From: Candidatus Arthromitus sp. SFB-rat-Yit
Lineage (GTDB): Bacteria; Bacillota; Clostridia; Clostridiales; Clostridiaceae
Direction of reading: 5' to 3'
DNA: 32,000 nt
Assembly (NCBI RefSeq): GCF_000283555.1
Contig: NC_016012.1
Location: 300,001-332,000, forward strand
The notes below the pieces were generated by a model that saw only the letters and a program-made list of their open reading frames with translations, was not told where the DNA came from and ran no database searches. Each line of letters begins with the position of its first letter. The stretch's first letter is position 1. Positions 1 to 8,227 of this stretch are shown in pieces. Both the position numbers and the translations under genes were made by a program.

Positions 1-156
1 TTAGAGTTAGCTAAGATGTATTCTCAAGATGAAAATAAAATTAATTCTATTAAAGAGAGTCTTTTAGCGACATATAATGATTCTTTAGAAAGAGATGTAA
101 TTATGTCAAAAACTATAGAATTTTTAGTAAATCATAATAAAAAGAAAAGTAATTAA
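1..156 (+). CDS. tig: Trigger factor, C-terminal fragment (5' end lies outside the window)
   Basis: Frame 1 is open from the window edge to TAA at 154-156. Translation: LELAKMYSQDENKINSIKESLLATYNDSLERDVIMSKTIEFLVNHNKKKSN. It sits directly upstream of clpP-clpX, matching the conserved Firmicute tig-clpP-clpX order. The fragment is too short to be diagnostic, so the call rests mainly on synteny. Confidence 0.55.
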   Translation, partial: LELAKMYSQDENKINSIKESLLATYNDSLERDVIMSKTIEFLVNHNKKKSN

Positions 157-179
157 TAGAGTGTTAAAGGAGGAGACTT

Positions 180-767
180 ATGGCATTAGTACCTATAGTT
201 GTTGAGCAAACAAGTAAGGGTGAACGTTCTTATGATATATATTCAAGGTTGTTAAAGGAACGTATAATCTTTTTAGGAGATGAGGTTAATGATGTTACAG
301 CAAGTTTAATAGTTGCTCAGTTGTTATTTCTTGAGAGTGAAGATACTGATAAAGATATACATTTATATATAAATAGTCCCGGAGGGTCTATAACAGCAGG
401 TATGGCTATATATGATACTATGCAGTATATAAAGCCTGATGTATCCACGATTTGTATAGGTATGGCTGCATCTATGGGTGCATTTTTATTATCTTCTGGA
501 GCAAAAGGTAAGAGATTTGCATTGCCTAATAGTGAAATAATGATACATCAACCACTAGGTGGATTTAGAGGGCAGGCAACAGATATAGATATACATGCAA
601 AGAGAATATTAAGAATGAAGAATGATTTAAACAAAATACTTAGTGAGAATACGGGAAAGCCGCTATCTCAAATAGAGTTAGATGTTGAAAGAGATTATTT
701 TTTGGGTTCTTATGAGGCTAAAGAATATGGTTTAATAGATAATGTTATAAGTAAGAAGGTTAAATAA
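180..767 (+). CDS. clpP: ATP-dependent Clp protease proteolytic subunit ClpP
   Basis: 195 aa. Strong SD (AAAGGAGGAG) at 168-177. The Ser-His-Asp triad is in its usual contexts: [21 protein letters not shown]. The N-terminus ([22 protein letters not shown]) is typical of ClpP. Confidence 0.97.
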   Translation: MALVPIVVEQTSKGERSYDIYSRLLKERIIFLGDEVNDVTASLIVAQLLFLESEDTDKDIHLYINSPGGSITAGMAIYDTMQYIKPDVSTICIGMAASMGAFLLSSGAKGKRFALPNSEIMIHQPLGGFRGQATDIDIHAKRILRMKNDLNKILSENTGKPLSQIELDVERDYFLGSYEAKEYGLIDNVISKKVK

Positions 768-794
768 TATTAAATCTATTTGCGGGGTGTGGTT

Positions 795-2054
795 ATGGCG
801 AAATTGGATGAAAATAAGCAATTAAAGTGTTCTTTTTGTGGGAAAAATCAAGAGCAAGTAAAAAGGTTAATTGCTGGTCCAGGGGTTTATATATGTGATG
901 AATGTATAAATTTATGTTCGGAAATAATAACAGATGATTGTGTAGATGATCAAAAGGTAGGACTATCTAAGGTACCTAAACCTAAAGAGATAAAGGATTA
1001 TTTAGATCAATATATTATAGGTCAAGATAGAGCTAAAAGATCTGTGTCGGTTGCTATATATAACCATTATAAGAGAATCAATTCACTTATAAAAGATGAT
1101 AGTGTCGAGATACAGAAAAGTAATATATTGTTATTAGGACCAACGGGATCAGGTAAAACTTTAATAGCACAGACTTTAGCGAGATTTTTGAATGTACCAT
1201 TTGCTATAGCTGATGCTACTACTTTAACTGAGGCTGGTTATGTTGGAGAAGATGTAGAGAATATATTACTAAAATTAATACAAAATGCTGATTATGATGT
1301 GGAGCGAGCTGAAAAAGGAATAATATACATAGATGAGATAGATAAAATTGCTAGAAAATCTGAAAATCCTTCCATAACTAGAGATGTATCTGGTGAAGGT
1401 GTACAACAAGCATTACTCAAGATATTGGAAGGTACTGTAGCATCTGTTCCACCTCAAGGTGGTAGGAAACATCCTCATCAAGAATTTATACAAATAAATA
1501 CTTCTAATATATTATTTATTTGTGGTGGCGCTTTTGATGGGATGGAAAAAATTATAGAGCAAAGAATTAGCGTTAGGGGCATGGGATTTGGCGCAGATAT
1601 ACCCTCTAAAGAAAATAAAGAATTAGACAAGATATTTGGTAATATATTGCCAGAAGATTTATTGAAATTTGGTCTTATACCTGAGTTTATAGGTCGTTTA
1701 CCTATACTTGTTTCATTAAATGCATTGACTGTAGAAGCGTTAGTTAGGATACTAAAGGAACCTAAGAATGCTATAGTTAAACAGTATAAGAAGTTATTTG
1801 AATATGATAATGTTGAATTAGAGTTTGAAGAACAAGCACTTGAATCTATATCAAAAAAAGCTATTAGTAGAAATACTGGAGCAAGAGGTCTTAGAACTAT
1901 AGTTGAAGACTTGTTAATTGATGTTATGTATAATATACCTTCAGATAAAAACATAGATAAAGTTGTAGTAACTGAAAAGAGTATAGATGATAAAAAAATA
2001 GAAATTGTATATAAGAAAAATGAAAAAGGTAGTGACGATATAGAGAGTGCTTAA
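795..2054 (+). CDS. clpX: ATP-dependent Clp protease ATP-binding subunit ClpX
   Basis: N-terminal zinc ribbon (CSFCGK...CDEC), Walker A (GPTGSGKT), Walker B (IIYIDEIDK) and sensor region (GARGLR). I prefer the ATG at 795 (MAKLDENK) over the TTG at 780 used by the ORF track. Confidence 0.97.
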   Translation: MAKLDENKQLKCSFCGKNQEQVKRLIAGPGVYICDECINLCSEIITDDCVDDQKVGLSKVPKPKEIKDYLDQYIIGQDRAKRSVSVAIYNHYKRINSLIKDDSVEIQKSNILLLGPTGSGKTLIAQTLARFLNVPFAIADATTLTEAGYVGEDVENILLKLIQNADYDVERAEKGIIYIDEIDKIARKSENPSITRDVSGEGVQQALLKILEGTVASVPPQGGRKHPHQEFIQINTSNILFICGGAFDGMEKIIEQRISVRGMGFGADIPSKENKELDKIFGNILPEDLLKFGLIPEFIGRLPILVSLNALTVEALVRILKEPKNAIVKQYKKLFEYDNVELEFEEQALESISKKAISRNTGARGLRTIVEDLLIDVMYNIPSDKNIDKVVVTEKSIDDKKIEIVYKKNEKGSDDIESA

Positions 2055-2076
2055 TGAATAAAGATGTTAAGTAGGA

Positions 2077-2649
2077 ATGAATATGTTCATATATGATAGT
2101 AAATTTATAAAATCGGTAGTAAAAAGTGAAGATTTTCCTAATGATGGATTGAAGGAAATAGCTATTGTAGGTAGATCTAATGTTGGTAAATCTAGTTTAA
2201 TAAATTCGATGTTACAACGTAAAAGGCTAGCTAAAGTAAGCTCTACTCCTGGGAAAACTAGGACTTTGAATTTCTTTTTGATAAATAATTTATTTTATTT
2301 AGTAGATTTACCTGGATATGGGTATGCTAAGCTCTCTAAGAGTGAAAGAAATTCATGGAAGTATATGGTAGAGTCGTATTTTGATAATAGAGCATGTATA
2401 GATAAAGTTATACTTTTAATAGATTCAAGACACGCCCCATTTGAAAGTGATATAGTAATGTACGATTGGATTAATAGTTTAAAGTATAAATTAGATATTA
2501 TAGCTACTAAATCTGATAAATTGAGCTATTCTCAGATTAAGAAAAATGAACAGGTATTTAAGAAACAATTTAGTAGATCTAATATATTATTTTATTCCTC
2601 TTTAAAAAATTATAATAGAAATGAATTACTCAACTTTGTATTTTCATAA
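2077..2649 (+). CDS. engB: Ribosome biogenesis GTPase EngB/YsxC
   Basis: 190 aa. G1 motif GRSNVGKSSLIN, G3 DLPGYGY, G4 TKSDK. The size and motif order are typical of EngB. Confidence 0.9.
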   Translation: MNMFIYDSKFIKSVVKSEDFPNDGLKEIAIVGRSNVGKSSLINSMLQRKRLAKVSSTPGKTRTLNFFLINNLFYLVDLPGYGYAKLSKSERNSWKYMVESYFDNRACIDKVILLIDSRHAPFESDIVMYDWINSLKYKLDIIATKSDKLSYSQIKKNEQVFKKQFSRSNILFYSSLKNYNRNELLNFVFS

Positions 2650-2652
2650 ATT

Positions 2653-2686
2653 AAAAAGTATATTATTTTTAATAATATACTTTTTT
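2653..2686 (+). terminator. Rho-independent terminator after engB
   Basis: GTATATTATT (2658-2667) pairs with AATAATATAC (2671-2680). The stem extends through an A-run/T-run and is followed by TTTTTT (2681-2686). Confidence 0.75.
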
Positions 2687-2751
2687 GTTGTAGCATATTT
2701 TATTTTTATACATAAAATTATTATATAAATTTTAATAATAGGAGATTAGCG

Positions 2752-3249
2752 ATGGATTTTATGAATTTTATGAATCAAGCTAGTAATTGTGAGATAGGGC
2801 ATAGGAATCATGCTAATGATAATTGTGGATGTTATTCATCTAATAATTTTAATAATAATGGATTCAATTATTTATTGCCACTATTTTTTCTATCTGGATT
2901 AGGACAAACAGGTTATAACTCAAATAATATGGTTTGTTATCCAAATCAACCACAACAATATGTAACTCCTACCTATTCTAATAATAATTTGAAGTATAGA
3001 ACTAAAAAAGTAAGGCAAGCATATATGGAAGTTCCAGTATCAACTTATCAGGTAGCTCAACCATATTGTCAACAACAATTATCAGTAAATCCAGGTATGT
3101 TTTGTTTAAATGGAAATAGATCTCAATGTGATTTATTTAGTATGTTGTTATTTTTAATTTTTATTAGTAAATTTAGTAATAAATGTGGGAATGTATGTAA
3201 TGTACAATCCAATACTAGATCATGTGGAAGCTGTTCATCTGAAATATAG
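2752..3249 (+). CDS. Hypothetical Cys/Asn/Gln-rich protein with two hydrophobic segments
   Basis: 165-aa ORF with an SD (AGGAG) about 8 nt upstream. It is low-complexity, contains many Cys including CGC and CGSC clusters, and has hydrophobic stretches LLPLFFLSGLG and LFSMLLFLIFI. I recognise no family. Confidence 0.6.
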   Translation: MDFMNFMNQASNCEIGHRNHANDNCGCYSSNNFNNNGFNYLLPLFFLSGLGQTGYNSNNMVCYPNQPQQYVTPTYSNNNLKYRTKKVRQAYMEVPVSTYQVAQPYCQQQLSVNPGMFCLNGNRSQCDLFSMLLFLIFISKFSNKCGNVCNVQSNTRSCGSCSSEI

Positions 3250-3296
3250 TAAATAGTAGTTTTAAAATATATATTCAATTTTTATGGATTGGAATA

Positions 3297-3324
3297 TTAG
3301 GAGGGTTATTTATTACCCTCCTAA
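3297..3324 (+). other. Perfect 10-bp hairpin pairing an SD-like sequence with its complement
   Basis: TTAGGAGGGT (3297-3306) pairs with ACCCTCCTAA (3315-3324) across an 8-nt loop. No U-tract follows. It lies between the 2752 gene and the real SD/ATG of the next gene. Confidence 0.5.
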
Positions 3325-3347
3325 ATATATATATGGAGGTAGCTATT

Positions 3348-3761
3348 ATGTCAAAACGTAAAAAGTATAATAATAAAATTGAATATGAAAATGGATGTTA
3401 TGATAATAGGTTTATAGATAATAATTTTAATTCATATCTTTATAATAGAGGATTTCAAACAAATAATTTTAATGATATGTATAAAAATTTAAATAATATG
3501 ATAGGCGTACTTAATAATATGGATATTGATAATTTGAATAATATTTTTTCGTTAATATCTAATGGATTTGATATTAATAATAATGTTAATATTCCAAATA
3601 ACAAAGAAAATATATTTGATGAAATTAATAATAAAACTGAGATTGTAATTAATTTTTTAAATTCCTTAAAGCCTTTATTAGGAATTGAATTCACGCATAT
3701 AATAAATAAATTCATAGATTTTTATATGGAAGAGGTAAATTCAGAAAAAGGTTATATGTAA
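3348..3761 (+). CDS. Hypothetical Asn-rich low-complexity protein
   Basis: ORF with GGAGGT at 3336-3341, placed 6 nt before the ATG at 3348 (MSKRKKYNN). The track start at 3333 has no SD. I recognise no family. Confidence 0.55.
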   Translation: MSKRKKYNNKIEYENGCYDNRFIDNNFNSYLYNRGFQTNNFNDMYKNLNNMIGVLNNMDIDNLNNIFSLISNGFDINNNVNIPNNKENIFDEINNKTEIVINFLNSLKPLLGIEFTHIINKFIDFYMEEVNSEKGYM

Positions 3762-3848
3762 ATTATTTTAAGATATGTATAATTTTATTGAAAAAATGAA
3801 ATAATATGAGTGTGAATGGAGATAATAATTTCTCCACTAATCCCCCTT

Positions 3849-3890
3849 AATAGGATCATCTATTTATTAATAGAAGGTCCTATTTTTTTA
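3849..3890 (+). terminator. Rho-independent terminator
   Basis: Composite stem: AATAGGATC (3849-3857) pairs with GGTCCTATT (3876-3884, one G-U), and inner TCTATT (3859-3864) pairs with AATAGA (3869-3874). A T-run follows to about 3889. Confidence 0.75.
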
Positions 3891-4100
3891 TTTTAATATT
3901 CTAAAAATTGTTTATTAGTATTTTTTTATGATATTATATTAATAAATGAATTTTATTGTAGATATCGTAAATAATTTTATTATATGTTAAAATTGCATTA
4001 CATAAATTTTAATGATGTAATTTAGATTTAATTAATTAAAAGATTTTTATGATTACTATTTAGTTGAGAAATTATATAATATATTTGGGGGAATATACGT

Positions 4101-4265
4101 ATGGAATGTTACTTTTTATCAACTTCAGTTGAAATTGTAGAATGTTTTAAAGAATGTGTATATTATAATGGGAGTAAAGAAAATCCAACTGAAGATTGTC
4201 CTTTTGCACAAGTATTTAATGGGAAGAGCTATAAAAATTCAGATCAGCAAGTTATAAATAATTAA
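4101..4265 (+). CDS. Small hypothetical Cys-containing protein (54 aa), absent from the supplied ORF track
   Basis: ATG at 4101 is preceded by GGGGGA (4087-4092). Translation: MECYFLSTSVEIVECFKECVYYNGSKENPTEDCPFAQVFNGKSYKNSDQQVINN, ending at TAA 4263-4265. A strong terminator follows immediately. The composition is not low-complexity, unlike its neighbours. Confidence 0.6.
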   Translation: MECYFLSTSVEIVECFKECVYYNGSKENPTEDCPFAQVFNGKSYKNSDQQVINN

Positions 4266-4283
4266 ATAATTTGTTTACATAGT

Positions 4284-4315
4284 ATCTAAGTATTTTTAAA
4301 ATACTTAGATTTTTT
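4284..4315 (+). terminator. Rho-independent terminator after the 54-aa ORF
   Basis: ATCTAAGTATTTT (4284-4296) pairs with AAAATACTTAGAT (4298-4310), followed by TTTTT (4311-4315). Confidence 0.8.
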
Positions 4316-4376
4316 ATGGATAAAATCAGTTTAGTATTGTAATATTTATTTATAAATTTATTTTGGAGTTGGTTTT

Positions 4377-5561
4377 TTGTTTAATGGTATAGATTTTTTA
4401 GAAGATGCGAGAAAATTGAGAGATGAAATTATAAATCACAGGAGGCATTTTCATAAATATCCTGAAACTGGATTTGAGGAGTTTGAAACTTGTAAGACTA
4501 TAACAAATTATTTAAATAGTTTGGGAATTGAAAATAAAATTGTATCAGGAACAGGGATTGTAGCTATTATTAGGGGGAAAAGTGAAGGAAAAACAATTGC
4601 ACTTAGATCTGACTTGGATGCACTTCCTTTAGATGATTTTAAAAATGTTGAATATTCTTCGAAGATTTCTGGTAAAATGCATGCTTGTGGACATGATGCA
4701 CATATATCGATTTTAATGAGCGTAGCTAAAGTGCTTCTTAAGTATAGAGATAAATTTAATGGTAATGTAAAATTAATTTTTGAGCCAGCTGAAGAAACTA
4801 TAGGTGGAGCTAAATTTATGATTAAAGATGGTGTTTTGGAAGATCCTAAAGTTGATGCTATAGTTGGGTTACATGTTTCAGAGCTTATAGATTCAGGTCA
4901 CATTGGAATGAAATATGGAGTTGTTAATGCTGCCTCTAATCCTTTTAAAATAATTATTAAAGGTAGAGGGGGACATGGGGCACATCCAGAAGATTGTATT
5001 GATCCTGTAGTTGTTGGATGTAATCTTGTAATGTTGCTTCAGACTATTGTAAGTAGGGAAATTAGCCCACATAATCCATCTGTTTTGACTGTAGGTAAAA
5101 TTAGTGGTGGAACAGCACCTAATATTATTCCAGAGAAGGTTGAACTTGAAGGTGTTATTAGGACCTTAAGCAAAGAAGATAGAGAAATGTCAATTAAGAG
5201 ATTAAAAGAGATATGTAATGGTATTGCTACATCTATGAGAGTTGATATTGATGTTGAAGTAACTGACGGATATCCATGTTTATATAATGATGATAAAATG
5301 GTATTCTTAGGAGAAAAAGTATTTAAGAAGGTAATAGGTAGCGAGAATGTAACTATGGATATAAATCCTTCTATGGGTGTTGAAAGTTTTGCATATTTTT
5401 CTCAAGAGATTCCATCACTTTTTTATTTTTTAGGTACGAGAAATGTATCAAGAGGTATTGTTCATCCAGCTCATGGAGGTTTATTTGATGTAGATGAAGA
5501 AGGGCTTGTGATTGGGGTTGCACTTCAGAGTGCAATAGCATTTAGTTATTTAAATAATTAA
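4377..5561 (+). CDS. M20D-family amidohydrolase (N-acyl-L-amino acid amidohydrolase / hippuricase type)
   Basis: 394 aa. Carries the metal-binding signature MHACGHDAH. FEPAEE, GGHGAHP and the overall length are typical of M20D. The TTG start at 4377 has GGAG 9 nt upstream. Confidence 0.88.
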   Translation: MFNGIDFLEDARKLRDEIINHRRHFHKYPETGFEEFETCKTITNYLNSLGIENKIVSGTGIVAIIRGKSEGKTIALRSDLDALPLDDFKNVEYSSKISGKMHACGHDAHISILMSVAKVLLKYRDKFNGNVKLIFEPAEETIGGAKFMIKDGVLEDPKVDAIVGLHVSELIDSGHIGMKYGVVNAASNPFKIIIKGRGGHGAHPEDCIDPVVVGCNLVMLLQTIVSREISPHNPSVLTVGKISGGTAPNIIPEKVELEGVIRTLSKEDREMSIKRLKEICNGIATSMRVDIDVEVTDGYPCLYNDDKMVFLGEKVFKKVIGSENVTMDINPSMGVESFAYFSQEIPSLFYFLGTRNVSRGIVHPAHGGLFDVDEEGLVIGVALQSAIAFSYLNN

Positions 5562-5574
5562 GATTGGAGAAATA

Positions 5575-6558
5575 ATGAAACAAGAGATTAGAATTAGTTT
5601 TAATGAAAAGGACCAAAGATTAGATAGGTTTTTAAGGAAATTATTTAAAAATGTTGAGTTAAATCTGATATTTAAAGATATAAGAAATGGTAATATACGT
5701 GTTAATGGTAAAAAACAAAAAATAAATTATAGAATACAAGAAGATGATGTTTTGAGTATATTTGGTTATTATTATGATTTGAATAATAATAAAAGTATAG
5801 ATGCAGAGGAGTATATTGGATATAATAAACCCAAAATATGTTATGAAGATTCAAATATTTTAGTTGCAATAAAAGATGTTGATACATTAGTTCATTCAGA
5901 TGGGAAAAATGAAAAAGATTTAACTAGAGATGTTAATATATATTTATCAAATAAAGGAAATACAAATTTAGATGATAATTTAACTTTTAATATATCCCCA
6001 GTAAATAGATTAGATAGAAATACTTATGGACTGGTTATATTTGGAAAAAATAGAGTAGCTGCAAGGGAACTTTGTGAACTTATTAAATTTAGAAAAATTT
6101 CTAAGTATTATAAAGTACTTGTTGAAGGTAAGATAAAAGATGGTATATATACTGCATATATAAAAAAAGATAGTAAATTAAATAAATCAATAGTATACGG
6201 TTACAAAGTCCAGGATTCCAAAGAAATAAAAATGGAACTTAAGATGATTGATACAAATGGTGTAATTAGTTTGTTAGATATAAAATTAATAACTGGAAGG
6301 AGTCATCAAATAAGAAGTCACCTTAAGTTTTTAAATAATCCAGTAATTGGAGATTTAAAATATGGAAATAAGGAGTTAAAAAATTATTTTTTTAATAAAT
6401 ATGGTGTACAAAACCAGTTATTATTTGCATATAAATTGCATTTTAATGGAATAAATGAAAATATGATGTTAAATTATTTAAATAATAAATTAATATTATG
6501 TTCATTAACATCACAGTTTAAAAGGATTGTAAGACAAGAATTTAAAATAATTTTTTAG
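5575..6558 (+). CDS. RluA-family 23S rRNA pseudouridine synthase with N-terminal S4 domain
   Basis: 327 aa. S4-like N-terminus (RLDRFLRK...IRVNGKK), catalytic Asp motif NRLDRNTYGLVIFGKN, and GRSHQIRSHL. Confidence 0.88.
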   Translation: MKQEIRISFNEKDQRLDRFLRKLFKNVELNLIFKDIRNGNIRVNGKKQKINYRIQEDDVLSIFGYYYDLNNNKSIDAEEYIGYNKPKICYEDSNILVAIKDVDTLVHSDGKNEKDLTRDVNIYLSNKGNTNLDDNLTFNISPVNRLDRNTYGLVIFGKNRVAARELCELIKFRKISKYYKVLVEGKIKDGIYTAYIKKDSKLNKSIVYGYKVQDSKEIKMELKMIDTNGVISLLDIKLITGRSHQIRSHLKFLNNPVIGDLKYGNKELKNYFFNKYGVQNQLLFAYKLHFNGINENMMLNYLNNKLILCSLTSQFKRIVRQEFKIIF

Positions 6559-6571
6559 AGGGATATCATAG

Positions 6572-8206
6572 ATGGAAGAACAATCTACAGGTAAGAGCTT
6601 TATATCTTTATCTTTTGCAAGTATTCTTGTAAAAATTTTATCTCTTTTATATGTTCCGATAATTATAAGGATACTTGGAGATGAAGGATATGGTATTTAT
6701 TTAGCTTCTTATGATATATTTAGTTTAATATATGTTATAACAAATTCTGGAATGCAAATTGCTATAGCTAAGCAAATTGCAGAGTTTGTTGCAATTAATG
6801 AATCACAAAACGTTTTAAAAACTTTTCATATTGGAAAGAGAATTTTGTTTATTATAGGTCTTATAGGATCTATAGGTTTATTTTTAATTGCTAGACCTGT
6901 TGCATTATTGATTGGGAGTCATAGGGCGTATTTGGGAATTTTATTTTTATCACCAACTATATTTTTTACATCTATACTAGCTGCATATAGGGGATTGTTT
7001 CAAGGTATATCAAATATGGTTCCTATAGCTTTATCACAAGTAATTGAACAAGTGTGTAATATTTTAATAAGTATATTTTGTTCATTTATGTTAGTTAGTA
7101 ATAGTTTGGAATTAGGGGCTGCTGGTGGAACAGTCGGTACAACAGTTGGTGCAATTATATCAATTATATTTTTATATTTAATTATGAGGAAACAAAGAAT
7201 ATTAGATAGTATGAGTGTATCGGTGCCTTATTTAAATTGTGAACTTGAAAGAAGAGATAGGAATTCCACAAAAAGCATAATATTTACGTTTCTTAAGTAT
7301 GGTATACCTGTAATGTTAACTTCCGGAATACAATATGTAGGTGCTGTAATAGATTTGGCTCTTGTTAAAAATAGGCTTATATTTTCTGGGTTTAATAATT
7401 CAACTAGTGATATTTTGTATGGGTTACTTGGGAAATATAAAACACTTATATATGTACCACTTGCTATTATTGCAGCTTTGTCTGCGGCTGTTATACCAAG
7501 TTTAGTTAGATCTGTTGTACTCAATGATAAAAATAATTTATTTAAGAAAATAAGATTTGCATTGAAGATAAGTTTATTAATATCGATACCATCATGTGTT
7601 GCGTTAGCTATTCTTAGTAAGTATATATATCTTATTTTATTTTCAAAAGATTATAGTAGTGGATATACATTGATGTTATATGGATCAAGCCTTGTAATAT
7701 TTATGTCTATCGTGCAGATTCAAACTACTATACTTCAAGGATTAAATAAATTTTATTCTATATTTACAACTTTATTTATTGGAGTATTGCTAAAATTGGT
7801 AAGTAACTATATATTGGTCGGTATACCAAGTATAAATATAAATGGAGCTGTTATTGGAAGTATCATTGGATTTTTAGTACCAATGATTATAAATAGTATT
7901 CTAATTAAAAAATATATAGGGTTTAGTAGTAGAAATTTTTTGAATAGTATAAAACCATTCATATCATCTATTATAATGGGAATTTTTATAATAGTATTTT
8001 ATGAATTAAATTCATTGATATTTATGAATAGTGATTCTATTGTGATTAAATACTTAATTTTTGGCTTAGTAGTAGTATTAGGATTTATAGTTTATTTTGT
8101 ATCTATAGTTTTTCTAAAATATTTCAAAAAAGAGGATTTAGAATTCATACCACCATCTATATTAAAAATTATTCCTCAAAAAATAATGAGTAAATTCTTA
8201 AGTTAG
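6572..8206 (+). CDS. MOP-superfamily polysaccharide/lipid-II flippase (YtgP/MurJ-like)
   Basis: 544 aa and polytopic (about 14 TM segments). N-terminus ASILVKILSLLYVPIIIRILGDEGYGIY is typical of the Wzx/MurJ/SpoVB family. Length and position after a pseudouridine synthase resemble B. subtilis ytgP. Confidence 0.8.
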   Translation: MEEQSTGKSFISLSFASILVKILSLLYVPIIIRILGDEGYGIYLASYDIFSLIYVITNSGMQIAIAKQIAEFVAINESQNVLKTFHIGKRILFIIGLIGSIGLFLIARPVALLIGSHRAYLGILFLSPTIFFTSILAAYRGLFQGISNMVPIALSQVIEQVCNILISIFCSFMLVSNSLELGAAGGTVGTTVGAIISIIFLYLIMRKQRILDSMSVSVPYLNCELERRDRNSTKSIIFTFLKYGIPVMLTSGIQYVGAVIDLALVKNRLIFSGFNNSTSDILYGLLGKYKTLIYVPLAIIAALSAAVIPSLVRSVVLNDKNNLFKKIRFALKISLLISIPSCVALAILSKYIYLILFSKDYSSGYTLMLYGSSLVIFMSIVQIQTTILQGLNKFYSIFTTLFIGVLLKLVSNYILVGIPSININGAVIGSIIGFLVPMIINSILIKKYIGFSSRNFLNSIKPFISSIIMGIFIIVFYELNSLIFMNSDSIVIKYLIFGLVVVLGFIVYFVSIVFLKYFKKEDLEFIPPSILKIIPQKIMSKFLS

Positions 8207-8227
8207 GAATTTACTCATTATTTTTTT
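8184..8227. terminator. Bidirectional terminator between the two convergent flippase genes
   Basis: 14-bp stem: TAATGAGTAAATTC (8184-8197) pairs with GAATTTACTCATTA (8207-8220). T7 follows on the + strand and T6 on the - strand. The left arm overlaps the last codons of the + gene. Confidence 0.85.

Noticed and set aside
1478-1954. 158-aa ORF on the minus strand inside clpX
   Set aside because: It lies fully antisense to a gene with unambiguous ClpX motifs. The translation is Ser/Ile/Asn/Phe-rich, as expected from the reverse complement of AT-rich codons. There is no SD.
2686-2751. Sigma-K-like -10 element (CATATTTTA, matching CATAnnnTA) upstream of the Cys-rich gene
   Set aside because: The nearest upstream AC dinucleotide is 13 nt away, not the 16-17 nt expected. 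The motif is also easily produced by chance in AT-rich DNA, so it is not reported as a promoter.
3806-3850. 14-codon mini-ORF (MSVNGDNNFSTNPP) directly in front of the 3849-3890 terminator, considered as a possible attenuation leader peptide
   Set aside because: It has no SD and no run of regulatory codons. No downstream gene is controlled by that terminator, because the next ORF has its own promoter region. It is more simply part of the 3' UTR of the Asn-rich gene.
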